Below are positions 39,370-49,655 of a DNA stretch of 64,000 nucleotides, one piece after another. The stretch is from Deinococcales bacterium. Lineage in GTDB: Bacteria > Deinococcota > Deinococci > Deinococcales > JAAFIG01. Position numbers and translations under genes: made by a program. The DNA is taken from positions 1 to 64,000 of the forward strand of contig JAYWGM010000044.1 of NCBI GenBank assembly GCA_043778225.1, written 5' to 3'. The stretch's first letter is position 1; each line of letters starts with the position of its first letter. A model generated the notes under the pieces. That model was not told the origin of the DNA. It did no database searches and saw nothing but the letters and a program-made list of their open reading frames with translations.

Positions 39370-40245
39370 TTAAAACAAGGCGTTGCCGTTGTAGGTTGCA
39401 CTCCAAACATCACAACTGGTTACAGTCAAAAGCAGCACATTATTTTTTGTACCAGCCAAGTTGCTGACATCTTCGGTGCGAACTGTACCTGAATCCACGG
39501 CTCGAGGGCAGGTGTTGCCAAAGTGTAAATTAGTTACGGTCAGGTTAAACAAAGAAGTTTTCCCTTTGGCATCGCGGAAATTGACCGAACCAGCAACGTT
39601 GAGTGTACCCGCATCAAACTTAAAGGCATTGCCATCGTTATCTGGGGTGTAGGTTGTGTTGGCTTGATAACCAAACTGACTCTTATCGGTATCTGGTTGA
39701 AAAGTCAGGCGCTGGTCGGTGTTGACCGCATAGCCACCATTTTGGGCAAGGGTGACGGTGGCTGTCCAGAATGCCACAAAAGCAAACCCAGAAGTTTCGC
39801 CTGTTTCGGTGTTGGTAAAGATAAAATCATAACGGATATTGCCGTCGGTGGAAAAACCACTGTTGGGGTTTGTATCGTCGCTGTCGGTGCTGCGAAAAGA
39901 ACCTTTGGCAGTAAACTTAAAGCCAGTGCCGATTGTCACGGTGCAGTCGTAGGTATAAGAAAAACTGGCTGGAACTTTATCGTTGTCGGCATCGGCTGGG
40001 GCTGGGTTCGGACCACACGTTCCCGAAATCGCTTGCGGACGTAAGCCCAAAGGATGGAGTGGACTCGAGGCATTGACCACCCTAGAGCCACCAGAACGCA
40101 CGCTGTTGGCAAAGCCATTCATGGACAGTGGCACGATGGTTTTTAAGGCTCGGGCATCTTCAGCCGTCATTGAACTTTGTGGCAGGGCTGGACACGCCAC
40201 CAGCAAAACCAAACTTAGGGGCAACAGCAATGTGTAATTTTTCAT
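39370..40245 (-). CDS. Hypothetical lipoprotein, beta-strand rich
   Basis: LVAC lipobox; AGGAGG RBS. Confidence 0.75.
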   Translation of the reverse strand: MKNYTLLLPLSLVLLVACPALPQSSMTAEDARALKTIVPLSMNGFANSVRSGGSRVVNASSPLHPLGLRPQAISGTCGPNPAPADADNDKVPASFSYTYDCTVTIGTGFKFTAKGSFRSTDSDDTNPNSGFSTDGNIRYDFIFTNTETGETSGFAFVAFWTATVTLAQNGGYAVNTDQRLTFQPDTDKSQFGYQANTTYTPDNDGNAFKFDAGTLNVAGSVNFRDAKGKTSLFNLTVTNLHFGNTCPRAVDSGTVRTEDVSNLAGTKNNVLLLTVTSCDVWSATYNGNALF

Positions 40246-40323
40246 AAAAAATCCTCCTACTCGAGCAGACTAAAGTTTGTTAATTCACTTAACAGCACAA
40301 TAGTTTCATATACACTGGTCAAC

Positions 40324-41001
40324 ATGAAAGCAATAAACTCGACCAGCTATGCCCCGCTCGAGATTGATAACGTAAAAGCCGCTGCCTATCTTTGCGACCC
40401 ACACAAAGCCGTGTTTTTATACCCATTTATTGGTTGTGAACGCAGTGCTGCCGAAGTGGCTCGAGCCTACAATGCCGATTTCAAAGCCTATTTATTTCAA
40501 ATTGAACGAATGCAACAACTTGGTTTACTGCAACACACCCAAACCAAAAGCCGCAAAGGCAGCCCAGTCAAATACTATCGTGCTGTTTCGGATAGCTTTT
40601 TTGTGCCATTCAAAGTCACCCAACTCGAGAATCTTGAAGCCATGCTCGACGCATGGAGTCAGAGCTTACAACCAGTCTTCCTAAAAAGTTTTATACATGG
40701 TTTGTATAGCACCCAAGCCAATTGGGGGGTGCGAATTGCTCGAGAAAGCAACGGACAACTGAGCATCGCGGCAGCTAACCAAGCCGACCGTGCTTATAAT
40801 ATGCTCGAGCCAACTGCGCCAGCCATGCTCGAGGGTTGGTTTACCGATTTACGTTTAGACCCTGAAGATGCCAAAGCCCTTCAGCACGAATTGGTAGCAC
40901 TGTACTTACGTTACTTGGGACGCAATGGCGCACAACGCTACATTATTCGAGTGGCGCTTGCACCGATGCAGGACAAAACCGAATTACCGCCAGCTTGGTG
41001 A
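40324..41001 (+). CDS. Winged-helix (ArsR-like) domain protein
   Basis: SAAEVARAY...MQQLGLL...RKGSPVKYYRA wHTH pattern. Confidence 0.65.
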   Translation: MKAINSTSYAPLEIDNVKAAAYLCDPHKAVFLYPFIGCERSAAEVARAYNADFKAYLFQIERMQQLGLLQHTQTKSRKGSPVKYYRAVSDSFFVPFKVTQLENLEAMLDAWSQSLQPVFLKSFIHGLYSTQANWGVRIARESNGQLSIAAANQADRAYNMLEPTAPAMLEGWFTDLRLDPEDAKALQHELVALYLRYLGRNGAQRYIIRVALAPMQDKTELPPAW

Positions 41002-41009
41002 GTTACGAT

Positions 41010-41924
41010 ATGACCATGCTGCAAAGATTTCTCGAGGGCGACCTCCGTGCCTTGGCTCGAGCCATTACGCTGGTTGAGTCCGCCGACCCAGGCGGCTTTG
41101 AATTACTATCGGCTTTGCGTTCACAAGCCTCGAGTAGCCATGTAATCGGCATGACTGGCGCTCCGGGCGCAGGCAAAAGCACCTTAACTGATGCGCTGAT
41201 AAGTGCCTGCCGTGCATCTGGCGCTCGAGTGGCGGTATTGTGTATTGACCCGAGCAGCCCCTTTAGCGGTGGAGCGATTCTGGGCGACCGCATCCGTATG
41301 GGGCGGCACTACCAAGACAACGGCGTGTTCGTTCGCAGTATGGCAACCCGTGGCGCACTGGGCGGATTGGCAAAAACAGCAGTCAGTGTCTTGGCATTAC
41401 TCGAGGCATTTGGTTTTGATTATATTTTTCTCGAGACGGTTGGCGTTGGGCAATCCGAAGTGGATATTGCCAGTGTAGCTGACCATACGGTTGTGGTCTT
41501 GACTCCAGCCGGCGGAGATGCGATTCAGGCATTCAAGGCTGGAATTATGGAAATTGCCGATGTCTTTGTGGTCAATAAAGCCGATTTACCGGGGGCGGAA
41601 CGCCTTGTGCGCGAAATTCGGGCGGCTCAAGAACTTGGCACACACGACGAGAACACTTGGTTTGCGCCAATTTTACAAACCATTGGCAATGAACAAAAAG
41701 GGATTGCCGAATTGCTCGAGGCAATAAAAGCCCACCGAAATCATCTGGGGGCAGCAGGTCTACATTTGCGGCGGCTTGAGCGAGCCAGATTTGAATTCAA
41801 TGCCGCGATTCAAGACATCGCCCGAAACCAAGCTAAACATTTAGAAGCTGGTCTGCTCGAGCAAATCAGTTTGGGGGTTTTAACGGCTCGAGAAGCTGCT
41901 CTGGCGGTCTTAAAAATCATTTGA
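41010..41924 (+). CDS. meaB: Methylmalonyl-CoA mutase-associated GTPase
   Basis: GAPGAGKS, DPSSPFSGGAILGDRIRM, ETVGVGQSE and NKAD motifs. Confidence 0.93.
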   Translation: MTMLQRFLEGDLRALARAITLVESADPGGFELLSALRSQASSSHVIGMTGAPGAGKSTLTDALISACRASGARVAVLCIDPSSPFSGGAILGDRIRMGRHYQDNGVFVRSMATRGALGGLAKTAVSVLALLEAFGFDYIFLETVGVGQSEVDIASVADHTVVVLTPAGGDAIQAFKAGIMEIADVFVVNKADLPGAERLVREIRAAQELGTHDENTWFAPILQTIGNEQKGIAELLEAIKAHRNHLGAAGLHLRRLERARFEFNAAIQDIARNQAKHLEAGLLEQISLGVLTAREAALAVLKII

Positions 41925-42420
41925 GTTTTAAGGGCAGCCCAGCCACCAATAAATACGCATGGCTCGAGGCGGCGGCGACTTTTTGATTGGCTCGTCCAAG
42001 CCAATCGCGGTAGGTACGCCCAAGCGCGTACTCTGGCACAACACCACTGCCAACTTCGTTAGAAACCACAAGCAGCATATGTTCTCGAGTGGCTTGAAGC
42101 TCGAGTAGCAGCGCCAATTCCTCGAGCATGGTTTTTTCGGATTTATCTGCCAACAGCATATTGGAGACCCATAAACTCAGGCAATCGAGCAGCACCGTGT
42201 TATTGGTCTCGAGTAACGCTTTGGTAAGCTCGAGTGGGACTTCTTTGGTTTGCCAACCAAGGGCTTGTCGCTCGAATTTATGCCGCGCTATTCGCTCGGT
42301 CATTTCGGTATCGAAGGCTTGGGCAGTGGCAAGAAAAGTAACCGAAGTCTCGAATTTCTGGGCTTCTAAAAGCGCAAAACGACTTTTGCCACTCCGAGCG
42401 CCACCTGTGATAAAAATCAT
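41917..42420 (-). CDS. cobU: Adenosylcobinamide kinase/phosphate guanylyltransferase
   Basis: TGGARSGKS, RIARH, DCLSLW, SNEVGSG and VAGLP motifs. Confidence 0.93.
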   Translation of the reverse strand: MIFITGGARSGKSRFALLEAQKFETSVTFLATAQAFDTEMTERIARHKFERQALGWQTKEVPLELTKALLETNNTVLLDCLSLWVSNMLLADKSEKTMLEELALLLELQATREHMLLVVSNEVGSGVVPEYALGRTYRDWLGRANQKVAAASSHAYLLVAGLPLKLK

Positions 42421-43142
42421 CTTGGAATCACCACTGTACGCCCGTCTTGGGTGGTTAAACGCTCGAGTTTTGTTTGATAGACCCGCTCGAGTAAATTCAC
42501 TTCTAGCACTTCTTCGGGGCGACCCATTGCCTCGAGTTGCCCTTGGTGCAGCAATGCCACACGGTCAGCCTGACCTGCCAAAATCAGGTCATGCACCACC
42601 ATCACAACTGTTAAACCAGATTCACGCAGCAACGCCATCAGTTCGCCTTGGTGCGCCAAATCCAAATGATTTGTGGGTTCGTCCAGCAGCAGCACTTCTG
42701 GGTTTTGCGCCAAGGCTCGAGCCAATGCGACGCGCTGGGCTTCTCCGCCCGATAAATCCTCAACTTTTCGTTTGGCAAATTGTAAAGTGTTGGTGCGCTG
42801 CAAGGCTGCTTCTACCAAAGTTTTGTCCTTGGGCGTAGCATTTGCCAATAATCCCTGATGCGGTAAGCGCCCTAACGCCACAACCTCGAGAACCGTAAAC
42901 TCAAGTGGTAAACCCTCGGACTGCGCGAGGTATGCCACACGTTTAGCTCTGGGTTCAGGCACGAGTACCGAACCAGTTTTTGGGCGTAACAAACCCGCTA
43001 AAATTTTTAATAACGTGGTTTTCCCTGCTCCATTTGGACCAATTAACGCCAGAATCTCGTTGTCTTGTACCTCGAGACTGATATTTTGTAGCACATTTTT
43101 TTTGCCATAAGCAAAGCCAACTTCTCGAGCCGCTAGTTTCAT
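42417..43142 (-). CDS. Cobalamin ABC transporter ATP-binding protein (BtuD-like)
   Basis: GPNGAGKT, LSGGE and LLLDEPT motifs. Confidence 0.88.
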   Translation of the reverse strand: MKLAAREVGFAYGKKNVLQNISLEVQDNEILALIGPNGAGKTTLLKILAGLLRPKTGSVLVPEPRAKRVAYLAQSEGLPLEFTVLEVVALGRLPHQGLLANATPKDKTLVEAALQRTNTLQFAKRKVEDLSGGEAQRVALARALAQNPEVLLLDEPTNHLDLAHQGELMALLRESGLTVVMVVHDLILAGQADRVALLHQGQLEAMGRPEEVLEVNLLERVYQTKLERLTTQDGRTVVIPR

Positions 43143-44176
43143 TTTTGTCCTTGACGCATTAGCCATAAAAAAAACGGTCCACCCAGCAATGTGGTGACAA
43201 TCCCCACGGGTAATTCCTGTGGGCGAATCAGGGTCCGAGCGCCAAGGTCAGAAAGCAGCAACAGACTCGAGCCAGCCAGTGCCGAAGCAACAATCAGCGG
43301 ACGGTGTGCCGCGCCGCACAATCGGCGCATGACGTGCGGCGCAACCAAGCCAACAAAGCCAATAATTCCAGCAAAACTGACGGCGGCGGCAGTCATCAGG
43401 CTTGCAGCAATAATTACGGCAATTTTAAGCCATAACACCCGAATTCCAAGCGTTTGTGCTGTATCCTCGCCAAGTTGTAAGGCATCTAAGGGTTTAGCCA
43501 GCAGCAATAACACCACAAAACCAAGCACTGCTACTGGTAGCACCACCAGCACTTCTGACCAACCCGCCAATGCCAGATTACCCAGTGTCCAAGAAAAAAC
43601 CGCCCGTAATCTATCGGCATCAAACAGTTGAATAAAAGTTGTCATGGCAGTAATCATGCTGCCAATCACCACGCCCGATAAAATTAAACTGTTGCGGCTG
43701 CCTTTTGCCGAACTCGAGAGCAAAACAGTTAATGTGACCGCCAGCATCGCCCCACAAAAAGCAAATAACGGCACAAGCCCACTGCCAGCTGCCCTTGCCG
43801 AGAATATGGCGGGCGCAAAGGCGGGCGCGGCACTCGAGGATAAAAAAATTGCCACGGTTGCCCCAAAGGCTGCGCCACTGGCAACGCCTACCAAATATGG
43901 GTCTGCCAGTGGATTTTGAAATACCCCCTGCATTGCCACGCCACTGGCTGCCAGTGCCGCCCCGACCAGAATTGCAAAAGCCACCCGTGGTAGGCGTAAA
44001 TTCCAAACAATCGCCTCTAGCCCCTCGAGTTGCTGCCCCGAAATGCCTTTGAGAATCGCATTCCAAGTTTGAATCGGTGTAATCTCGAGCGTGCCATTAG
44101 AAACCGCTAACAAAGCTGCCAGCGCCAAAAAAGCAAAGGCAGCCAGAATCACCAGATTGGCTTTAGAATTGAACAT
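43139..44176 (-). CDS. Cobalamin ABC transporter permease (BtuC/FecCD family)
   Basis: RLPR, NPLADPY, IGFVGL and ELPVG motifs. Confidence 0.9.
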   Translation of the reverse strand: MFNSKANLVILAAFAFLALAALLAVSNGTLEITPIQTWNAILKGISGQQLEGLEAIVWNLRLPRVAFAILVGAALAASGVAMQGVFQNPLADPYLVGVASGAAFGATVAIFLSSSAAPAFAPAIFSARAAGSGLVPLFAFCGAMLAVTLTVLLSSSAKGSRNSLILSGVVIGSMITAMTTFIQLFDADRLRAVFSWTLGNLALAGWSEVLVVLPVAVLGFVVLLLLAKPLDALQLGEDTAQTLGIRVLWLKIAVIIAASLMTAAAVSFAGIIGFVGLVAPHVMRRLCGAAHRPLIVASALAGSSLLLLSDLGARTLIRPQELPVGIVTTLLGGPFFLWLMRQGQK

Positions 44177-45032
44177 CGGGGTGAAGGAAGCGCACCAAGA
44201 TTTTCAGGGCTGTTGGTAAACGTGGACCTGGGCGCACAATCGCATCGTTTTCTTCGCCACTTGGGTCATAGACACGTTTATTGGCAACGGCGGCAATGTT
44301 CGCCCAACCCGGGCGAAGCAGCAAATCCTCGAGTTTTGCCCCAATAATCACACTTGGATTGCTGTTGACCACAATTTCTGGGCTGATTTTTGGAAACGCG
44401 CCAAGACTGGCGGGTAAAATGTTGATTCCACCGGCTCGAGCCAACATTTCGCCAATAAAACTGCTTGGACCTGCGGCATATGGGGTTGGGTCAACTTCAA
44501 AATAAGCGCTAACTCGAGGACGTTTTGCAATTTTAGCCGTAATGCTGTTAATTTCGCTTCGCATACTGGTAATTAAGCGCAAAGAATTGGCTTCGCGGTT
44601 GACCAAACGCCCAAGCACACCAATTTTCTCAAAGGTCTCGACATAGGTCTGAGCCGCGCCGCCATAGACTGTAATCCCGAGTTTCTCGAGGTTCTGTACC
44701 AGTTTGCTGCTGCTGCTTTCGTCGGTCAGTACCAAATCAGGTTTTAAGGCAGCAATCGCCTCGAGATTTGGCACAAAACCATTCCCGACTTTAGCAATTT
44801 TATCGGTCTCGAGCTTTGGATAATTGCTGTACTCATCTATCCCGACCAGCTTAGCCCCAGCCCCGAGCGCAAACAGCGTTTCGGTGTGGCTAGGCAGCAT
44901 CGCAATAATTCGTTTGGGTTCGCTCTTCAGGGTGATGGTTCGCCCAAGGTCATCCTTAACCGTCTGGGGATAAGACGCAGCCAGCCCATGAGAAAGTAAA
45001 ACAACCAGTAAAACAACAAATAATTTTTTCAT
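44163..45032 (-). CDS. Cobalamin ABC transporter substrate-binding protein (BtuF-like)
   Basis: Signal peptide; DDLGR, PSHTE, LKPDLV and RPGPR motifs; first gene after a B12 riboswitch. Confidence 0.88.
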   Translation of the reverse strand: MKKLFVVLLVVLLSHGLAASYPQTVKDDLGRTITLKSEPKRIIAMLPSHTETLFALGAGAKLVGIDEYSNYPKLETDKIAKVGNGFVPNLEAIAALKPDLVLTDESSSSKLVQNLEKLGITVYGGAAQTYVETFEKIGVLGRLVNREANSLRLITSMRSEINSITAKIAKRPRVSAYFEVDPTPYAAGPSSFIGEMLARAGGINILPASLGAFPKISPEIVVNSNPSVIIGAKLEDLLLRPGWANIAAVANKRVYDPSGEENDAIVRPGPRLPTALKILVRFLHPDVQF

Positions 45033-45119
45033 AGAAAAACCTCAAAAACAAGAAAGACGCTCATGTCAAAAACCGACACGAACGCACACTAGAAAAACAC
45101 AAACACCATACACACATCG

Positions 45120-45295
45120 CCCCCTTTCACTCGAGAGGTGAACCCCTTTTTTGGGTTCTGGCTTGGCAGGCATTCGGGCTTGCTTAGTTCGTTTGAGCGA
45201 ACCAAAGGCTTACCGTTGCGGAACAGCGTCGGAATTGCACCGACTTCCCCATTTTTATCTCGAGATTACACACCTCGAGAACCAAGCACCAGCAG
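45120..45295 (-). promoter_or_regulatory. Cobalamin riboswitch
   Basis: Minus strand GGGAAGUCGGUGCAAUUCCGACGCUGUUCCGCAACGGUAA...AAGCCCGAAUGCCUGCC B12-box, upstream of btuF. Confidence 0.92.
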
Positions 45296-45310
45296 TCTAC
45301 ACCAAAAATC

Positions 45311-45420
45311 TTGACCCGTTGCATTCACGGTACGGCATGACCCGTTGCATTCACGGTACAACTTGACCTGTTGCGTTCACGGTACAGCTTGACCCGTTGC
45401 GTTCACGGTACATCTTGACC
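45311..45420. repeat. 26-bp tandem repeat (four copies plus a partial fifth), REP-like
   Basis: Units at 45311, 45337, 45363 and 45389, consensus TTGACCCGTTGCRTTCACGGTACANC; no spacers. Confidence 0.9.
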
Positions 45421-45445
45421 CCTTGTGCAGGATTACACTAAGTCC

Positions 45446-46543
45446 ATGAATGCCTCCCTTGCTGCCCTCGAGAAAGCCCAGACTGGCGCACGCCTCGAGA
45501 ATTCAGAACTCCTTGCCCTCTATGATGCTCCCCTGCCAGAACTCTCGAGTGTGGCACATCAGTTACGGCTCAAGCGCACCCAAGCTGATACCGTCACCTA
45601 TTTAATTGACCGCAACATCAATTACACCAATATCTGCAATGTCGGTTGTAATTTTTGTGCCTTTTACCGCACACCGCGCCAAGGTGATGCTTATACCCTG
45701 ACCTTTGAACAAATCAGCGCCAAAGTTGCCGAACTTGAGGCGATTGGCGGGACGCGGATTCTGCTCCAAGGTGGAGTCAATCCAGCCCTGCCATTTACTT
45801 GGTATCTCGAGATGCTGAGCTACTTAAAAACGCATCACCCAACTATTAAATTAGATGCCTTTAGCCCCGAAGAAATCCTTGGACTCGAGAAAATTACTGG
45901 GTTAGGGGCGCTCGAGATTATTACCCAAATGAAAGCGGCTGGCTTAGACGGTTTACCCGGGGCTGGTGGCGAAATTCTCGAGGACGAAGTGCGCTTAGAA
46001 GCCGCCCCAGCCCGAATTCCCAGTGCCGATTGGTTTAGGATTCTTGATGTTGCTCAGAGTTTAGGGCTGTACACGATTTCCACCATGGTGATTGGTTTTG
46101 GCGAAACAATGCAGCACCGCGTCAATCATTTACTCAAAATCCGTACCCAGCAAGACAAAGCCCTGCTCGAGTACGGCACTGGTTTTAGTGGCTTTGCAAT
46201 GTGGACGCTGCAAACCGAACACACTCGGTTGCACGGTAAAGCCCCTGGCGCTGGCGCTCACGAGTACCTAAAAAACTTAGCAGTCTCGAGAATTGCGCTG
46301 GATAACATCGTTAATATCCAAGTCAGCTGGCCCACCCTTGGCTTTAAGGTCGGACAAGTCGGACTTTTTTATGGCGCAAACGATTTTGGTAGCACAATGA
46401 TGGAGGAAAACGTCGTTTCGCAAGCCGGTGGGCATGACCGTGTGCGGGTCACCGAAAAAGAAATCATCAGGCATATTTCGGATGCTGGATTCAAAGCTGC
46501 CCAACGTAACTCGAGATTCGAGATTCTAAAGTACGCCGCTTAA
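45446..46543 (+). CDS. mqnC: Cyclic dehypoxanthinyl futalosine synthase (radical SAM)
   Basis: IDRNINYTNICNVGCNFCAF, LLQGG, PGAGGEIL and GANDFGSTMMEENVV motifs. Confidence 0.88.
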   Translation: MNASLAALEKAQTGARLENSELLALYDAPLPELSSVAHQLRLKRTQADTVTYLIDRNINYTNICNVGCNFCAFYRTPRQGDAYTLTFEQISAKVAELEAIGGTRILLQGGVNPALPFTWYLEMLSYLKTHHPTIKLDAFSPEEILGLEKITGLGALEIITQMKAAGLDGLPGAGGEILEDEVRLEAAPARIPSADWFRILDVAQSLGLYTISTMVIGFGETMQHRVNHLLKIRTQQDKALLEYGTGFSGFAMWTLQTEHTRLHGKAPGAGAHEYLKNLAVSRIALDNIVNIQVSWPTLGFKVGQVGLFYGANDFGSTMMEENVVSQAGGHDRVRVTEKEIIRHISDAGFKAAQRNSRFEILKYAA

Positions 46544-47739
46544 TCTGCCTTCAAACGCTGCAATGAAGCCCGTAAGCTCAGGACTGCCAGCACCCCTAAA
46601 CCACCCAGCACCGCAATCCCACCTCGAGAACCGAGGGTTGCCATCAGCCAACCAGCAAACAACGACCCCGGCGGTGACATCCCTGCAAAAACCAAAGAAT
46701 AGACACTCATCACTCGAGCGCGAAGTTCATCCGGGGTGTGCAGTTGTACAGCCGAATTTGCCGACACCGTAAATAAATTCATGCCACTGCCTGCAAAAAA
46801 TAAGCTCAGCCCAGCCCACCAGATGTTTGGCGCGACCGCCAAACTAAGCATCGCTAAAGTGAGTTGTAACGCTCCCCAAAGCATAAAATTTTTAGAAGCT
46901 CGAGCCGCCTGAAAAACTGCGCCAGAGACCGCCCCAACCCCAAAAGCCGCACTCAGTAAGCCAAACCCACCTTCCTCGAGATTCAAAGAAAAGCGAGCAA
47001 AGGTTGGAATGATGACCTGGAAATTAATGACGGTTAAAGAAAGCAGCATCAGCAATAAAATCGGTGTGCCAACACTTTTGTTGTTTCGCACGTACTGCAA
47101 GCCAATTTTAATATCCTCGAGCAAGTGACTGGTTTTAGGCGCGGGTTGTGGGATTTGAATTCGCCAAATCGCGTACAATACCCCAAGAAATGACAAAGCA
47201 TTAAATAAAAAGATACTGGTCAAACCAAGTGGCGCAACCACTCCAAATAATGCCCCACCTAAAACCCGAGTGGTGTTAAACGCCAAAGTGTTGAGGGCAA
47301 TCGCGTTTGCCATAAATTCTCGAGGCACAAGATTTGGCACTAAACTTTGCCGTGCGACCATATCCACCACATTTGCCAGCCCAGCACAAAACGCTAAACT
47401 TGCGACCAGAACAAACGACTCGAGTTTCAGACTCAGCACCAAGGTAAAACCAATTGCCACAGACATCAGCATGATTTGTGAACACAATAAAGCTGTTCTT
47501 CTCGAGACTCGGTCAAGCACCGCACCAGCAAAAAGCGAAAAAACCAAACTCGGAGTCCACTGAATGGCGGTTAAAATACCAAGCTGCGAAGTGGCTAAAG
47601 CTGGCTGATTTGGGTACAAAACCGTGACCACCAACCAAGAAATGGCACTGGCTTGCAACCACGAACCGATTAAAGAAAAGACTTGTGCAAACCAAAAACG
47701 GCGATAGGCAACCACTTGAAACGCCGCGAAGATATGCAC
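46540..47739 (-). CDS. MFS transporter
   Basis: About 12 TM segments; GAVLDRVSRR motif A; PDELRARVMS. Confidence 0.9.
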   Translation of the reverse strand: MHIFAAFQVVAYRRFWFAQVFSLIGSWLQASAISWLVVTVLYPNQPALATSQLGILTAIQWTPSLVFSLFAGAVLDRVSRRTALLCSQIMLMSVAIGFTLVLSLKLESFVLVASLAFCAGLANVVDMVARQSLVPNLVPREFMANAIALNTLAFNTTRVLGGALFGVVAPLGLTSIFLFNALSFLGVLYAIWRIQIPQPAPKTSHLLEDIKIGLQYVRNNKSVGTPILLLMLLSLTVINFQVIIPTFARFSLNLEEGGFGLLSAAFGVGAVSGAVFQAARASKNFMLWGALQLTLAMLSLAVAPNIWWAGLSLFFAGSGMNLFTVSANSAVQLHTPDELRARVMSVYSLVFAGMSPPGSLFAGWLMATLGSRGGIAVLGGLGVLAVLSLRASLQRLKAD

Positions 47740-47775
47740 AAGTTATAGCATAATCCTTTTTACTCGAGACTTATT

Positions 47776-49620
47776 TTAGACAGCAATAAAATCCCTAAAA
47801 GTTGGAATTAAACGCTTAAATTCGGCTCGCACACCCTGCCCATCGCCTCGAGCCGAAGCTGAGAACAAGGCTTCTAACTGAGCATCAAGGTTAATGGGCA
47901 GCGAAGCCTCTTTTGCTACAAAAATTTTACTGTGCTTAGAAGAAGATGTTCCTTCCTCGGCAGTCAGCAACTCCTCGAAGAGCTTCTCGCCCGGACGCAC
48001 TCCGCTAAAAACAATTTCGATGTCCTTACCGACCTCAAAACCAGAAAGCCGAATCACATCCTTGGCAAGGTCAACAATTTTGACGGGTTCGCCCATATCC
48101 AGCACATAAACCGCGCCGTTATCTGCTAGTCCACCCGCTTGCAGGACCAATTGCGAAGCCTCGGGAATGGTCATAAAATACCGCGTCATGTCTGGGTGGG
48201 TAATCGTGACTGGACCACCGACTTTAATTTGTTCTTGAAAGAGTGGAATCACGCTGCCCCTCGAGCCAAGCACATTGCCAAAACGCACAGAAACAAAATC
48301 CTGATTGGGCGTAGCCTTAGCTGCGCCACGCTGCACCAAGAACTCTGCTACCCGCTTAGAAGCACCCATGACCGAAGTTGGATTAACCGCCTTATCGGTA
48401 GAAACATTAACCAAACGCTGCACTGCAAACTCGAGACACAAATCCACGATATTGGATGTGCCTTGGATGTTATTAAACACCGCTTCCCACGGATTTTCTT
48501 CCATCAGTGGCACGTGCTTATGGGCAGCGGCATGAAACACCACTTCTGGCTTAAAACGTTCAAAGGCACGGCGCAGTGTGGCAAAATCGCGCACATCAGC
48601 AATCACCGCATGGGTCTCGAGTTCAGGATACGTCCGCCGCAATTCTTGCTGAATTAAATACACACTGTTCTCACCACGCCCAAGCAGAATCACTCGAGTT
48701 GGCGCAAACCGTGCCACTTGGCGCACAATCTCTGAGCCAATACTGCCGCCAGCCCCCGTGACCAAAATAGTTCGTGCCTCGAGATACCCAGCAATTTCAG
48801 TCGTTTCGAGCTTGACCGAATCTCGGCGCAGCAAATCCTCGAGTGATACAGGACGAATTTGTGAAATACCAACCTTACCCGACAGAATCTCGAACACACC
48901 CGGAATGATGCGGTACGGAATCTGCGCTTCTCGAGCCAAATCCACCACCCGACGTACCACCCGACCAGGCGCACTCGGAATTGCAATCAGCACTTCGTTC
49001 GCACCAGTTTCAAGCACCACCCGAGGCAAGGCATCCACCACGCCAAGAAGTGGTAAACCAACAAAACTCTGCCCGGCTTTAGCGCGTTCATCATCCAGAA
49101 AACCAATCGGTTGCAAACCAGAAGCTGGATGACGAATCATTTCTCGAGCAATAATCGTACCAGCCTCACCAGCCCCAACAATCAACACTCGTTTACCAGT
49201 CCCAGCCTCGAGACCACTGACAGATTGCCGTTCAAACAAAACTCGAGCCAATAAACGCAACCCACCCAAAGCCAAAGCCGCCAGCACCCCTTCGATTAGT
49301 GGCACACTGCGCGGCACAAGAGTCCAACCAGAAAGCACAAAATTAAGCAAGTACACAGGAACAGTCCACAATGCCAAAACTGCACCCAAACGATACAAAT
49401 CACGCACCCCAACCTTATGCCAAGATTGCCGATGCAGACCAAAAAAATAAAGCAAACCAGCCTTTGGAATCACACCAAAAACCACATACCAAGCAATCAC
49501 CCGCTTATGCTCGAGCAGTGGCAAATCTATCCGCACAAAAAAAGCCAGCAGCCCAACAAAAGACCATGCCAGTAAATCCAGAACAAACTTTTCCTTTGTT
49601 GGACGCGACAACTTATTCAT
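47776..49620 (-). CDS. Membrane-bound UDP-GlcNAc 4,6-dehydratase (PglF/CapD family)
   Basis: N-terminal TMs; GAGEAG, TGAGGSIGSE, HAAAHKHVP, STDKAV, RFGNVLGSRGSV and RPGEKL motifs. Confidence 0.93.
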   Translation of the reverse strand: MNKLSRPTKEKFVLDLLAWSFVGLLAFFVRIDLPLLEHKRVIAWYVVFGVIPKAGLLYFFGLHRQSWHKVGVRDLYRLGAVLALWTVPVYLLNFVLSGWTLVPRSVPLIEGVLAALALGGLRLLARVLFERQSVSGLEAGTGKRVLIVGAGEAGTIIAREMIRHPASGLQPIGFLDDERAKAGQSFVGLPLLGVVDALPRVVLETGANEVLIAIPSAPGRVVRRVVDLAREAQIPYRIIPGVFEILSGKVGISQIRPVSLEDLLRRDSVKLETTEIAGYLEARTILVTGAGGSIGSEIVRQVARFAPTRVILLGRGENSVYLIQQELRRTYPELETHAVIADVRDFATLRRAFERFKPEVVFHAAAHKHVPLMEENPWEAVFNNIQGTSNIVDLCLEFAVQRLVNVSTDKAVNPTSVMGASKRVAEFLVQRGAAKATPNQDFVSVRFGNVLGSRGSVIPLFQEQIKVGGPVTITHPDMTRYFMTIPEASQLVLQAGGLADNGAVYVLDMGEPVKIVDLAKDVIRLSGFEVGKDIEIVFSGVRPGEKLFEELLTAEEGTSSSKHSKIFVAKEASLPINLDAQLEALFSASARGDGQGVRAEFKRLIPTFRDFIAV

Positions 49621-49655
49621 AAAAGATAGGATACCACCAAAAAATAAAAAAAGAC

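Noticed and set aside
45311..45420. CRISPR array
   Set aside because: The units are contiguous with no unique spacers, and there are no cas genes in the window.
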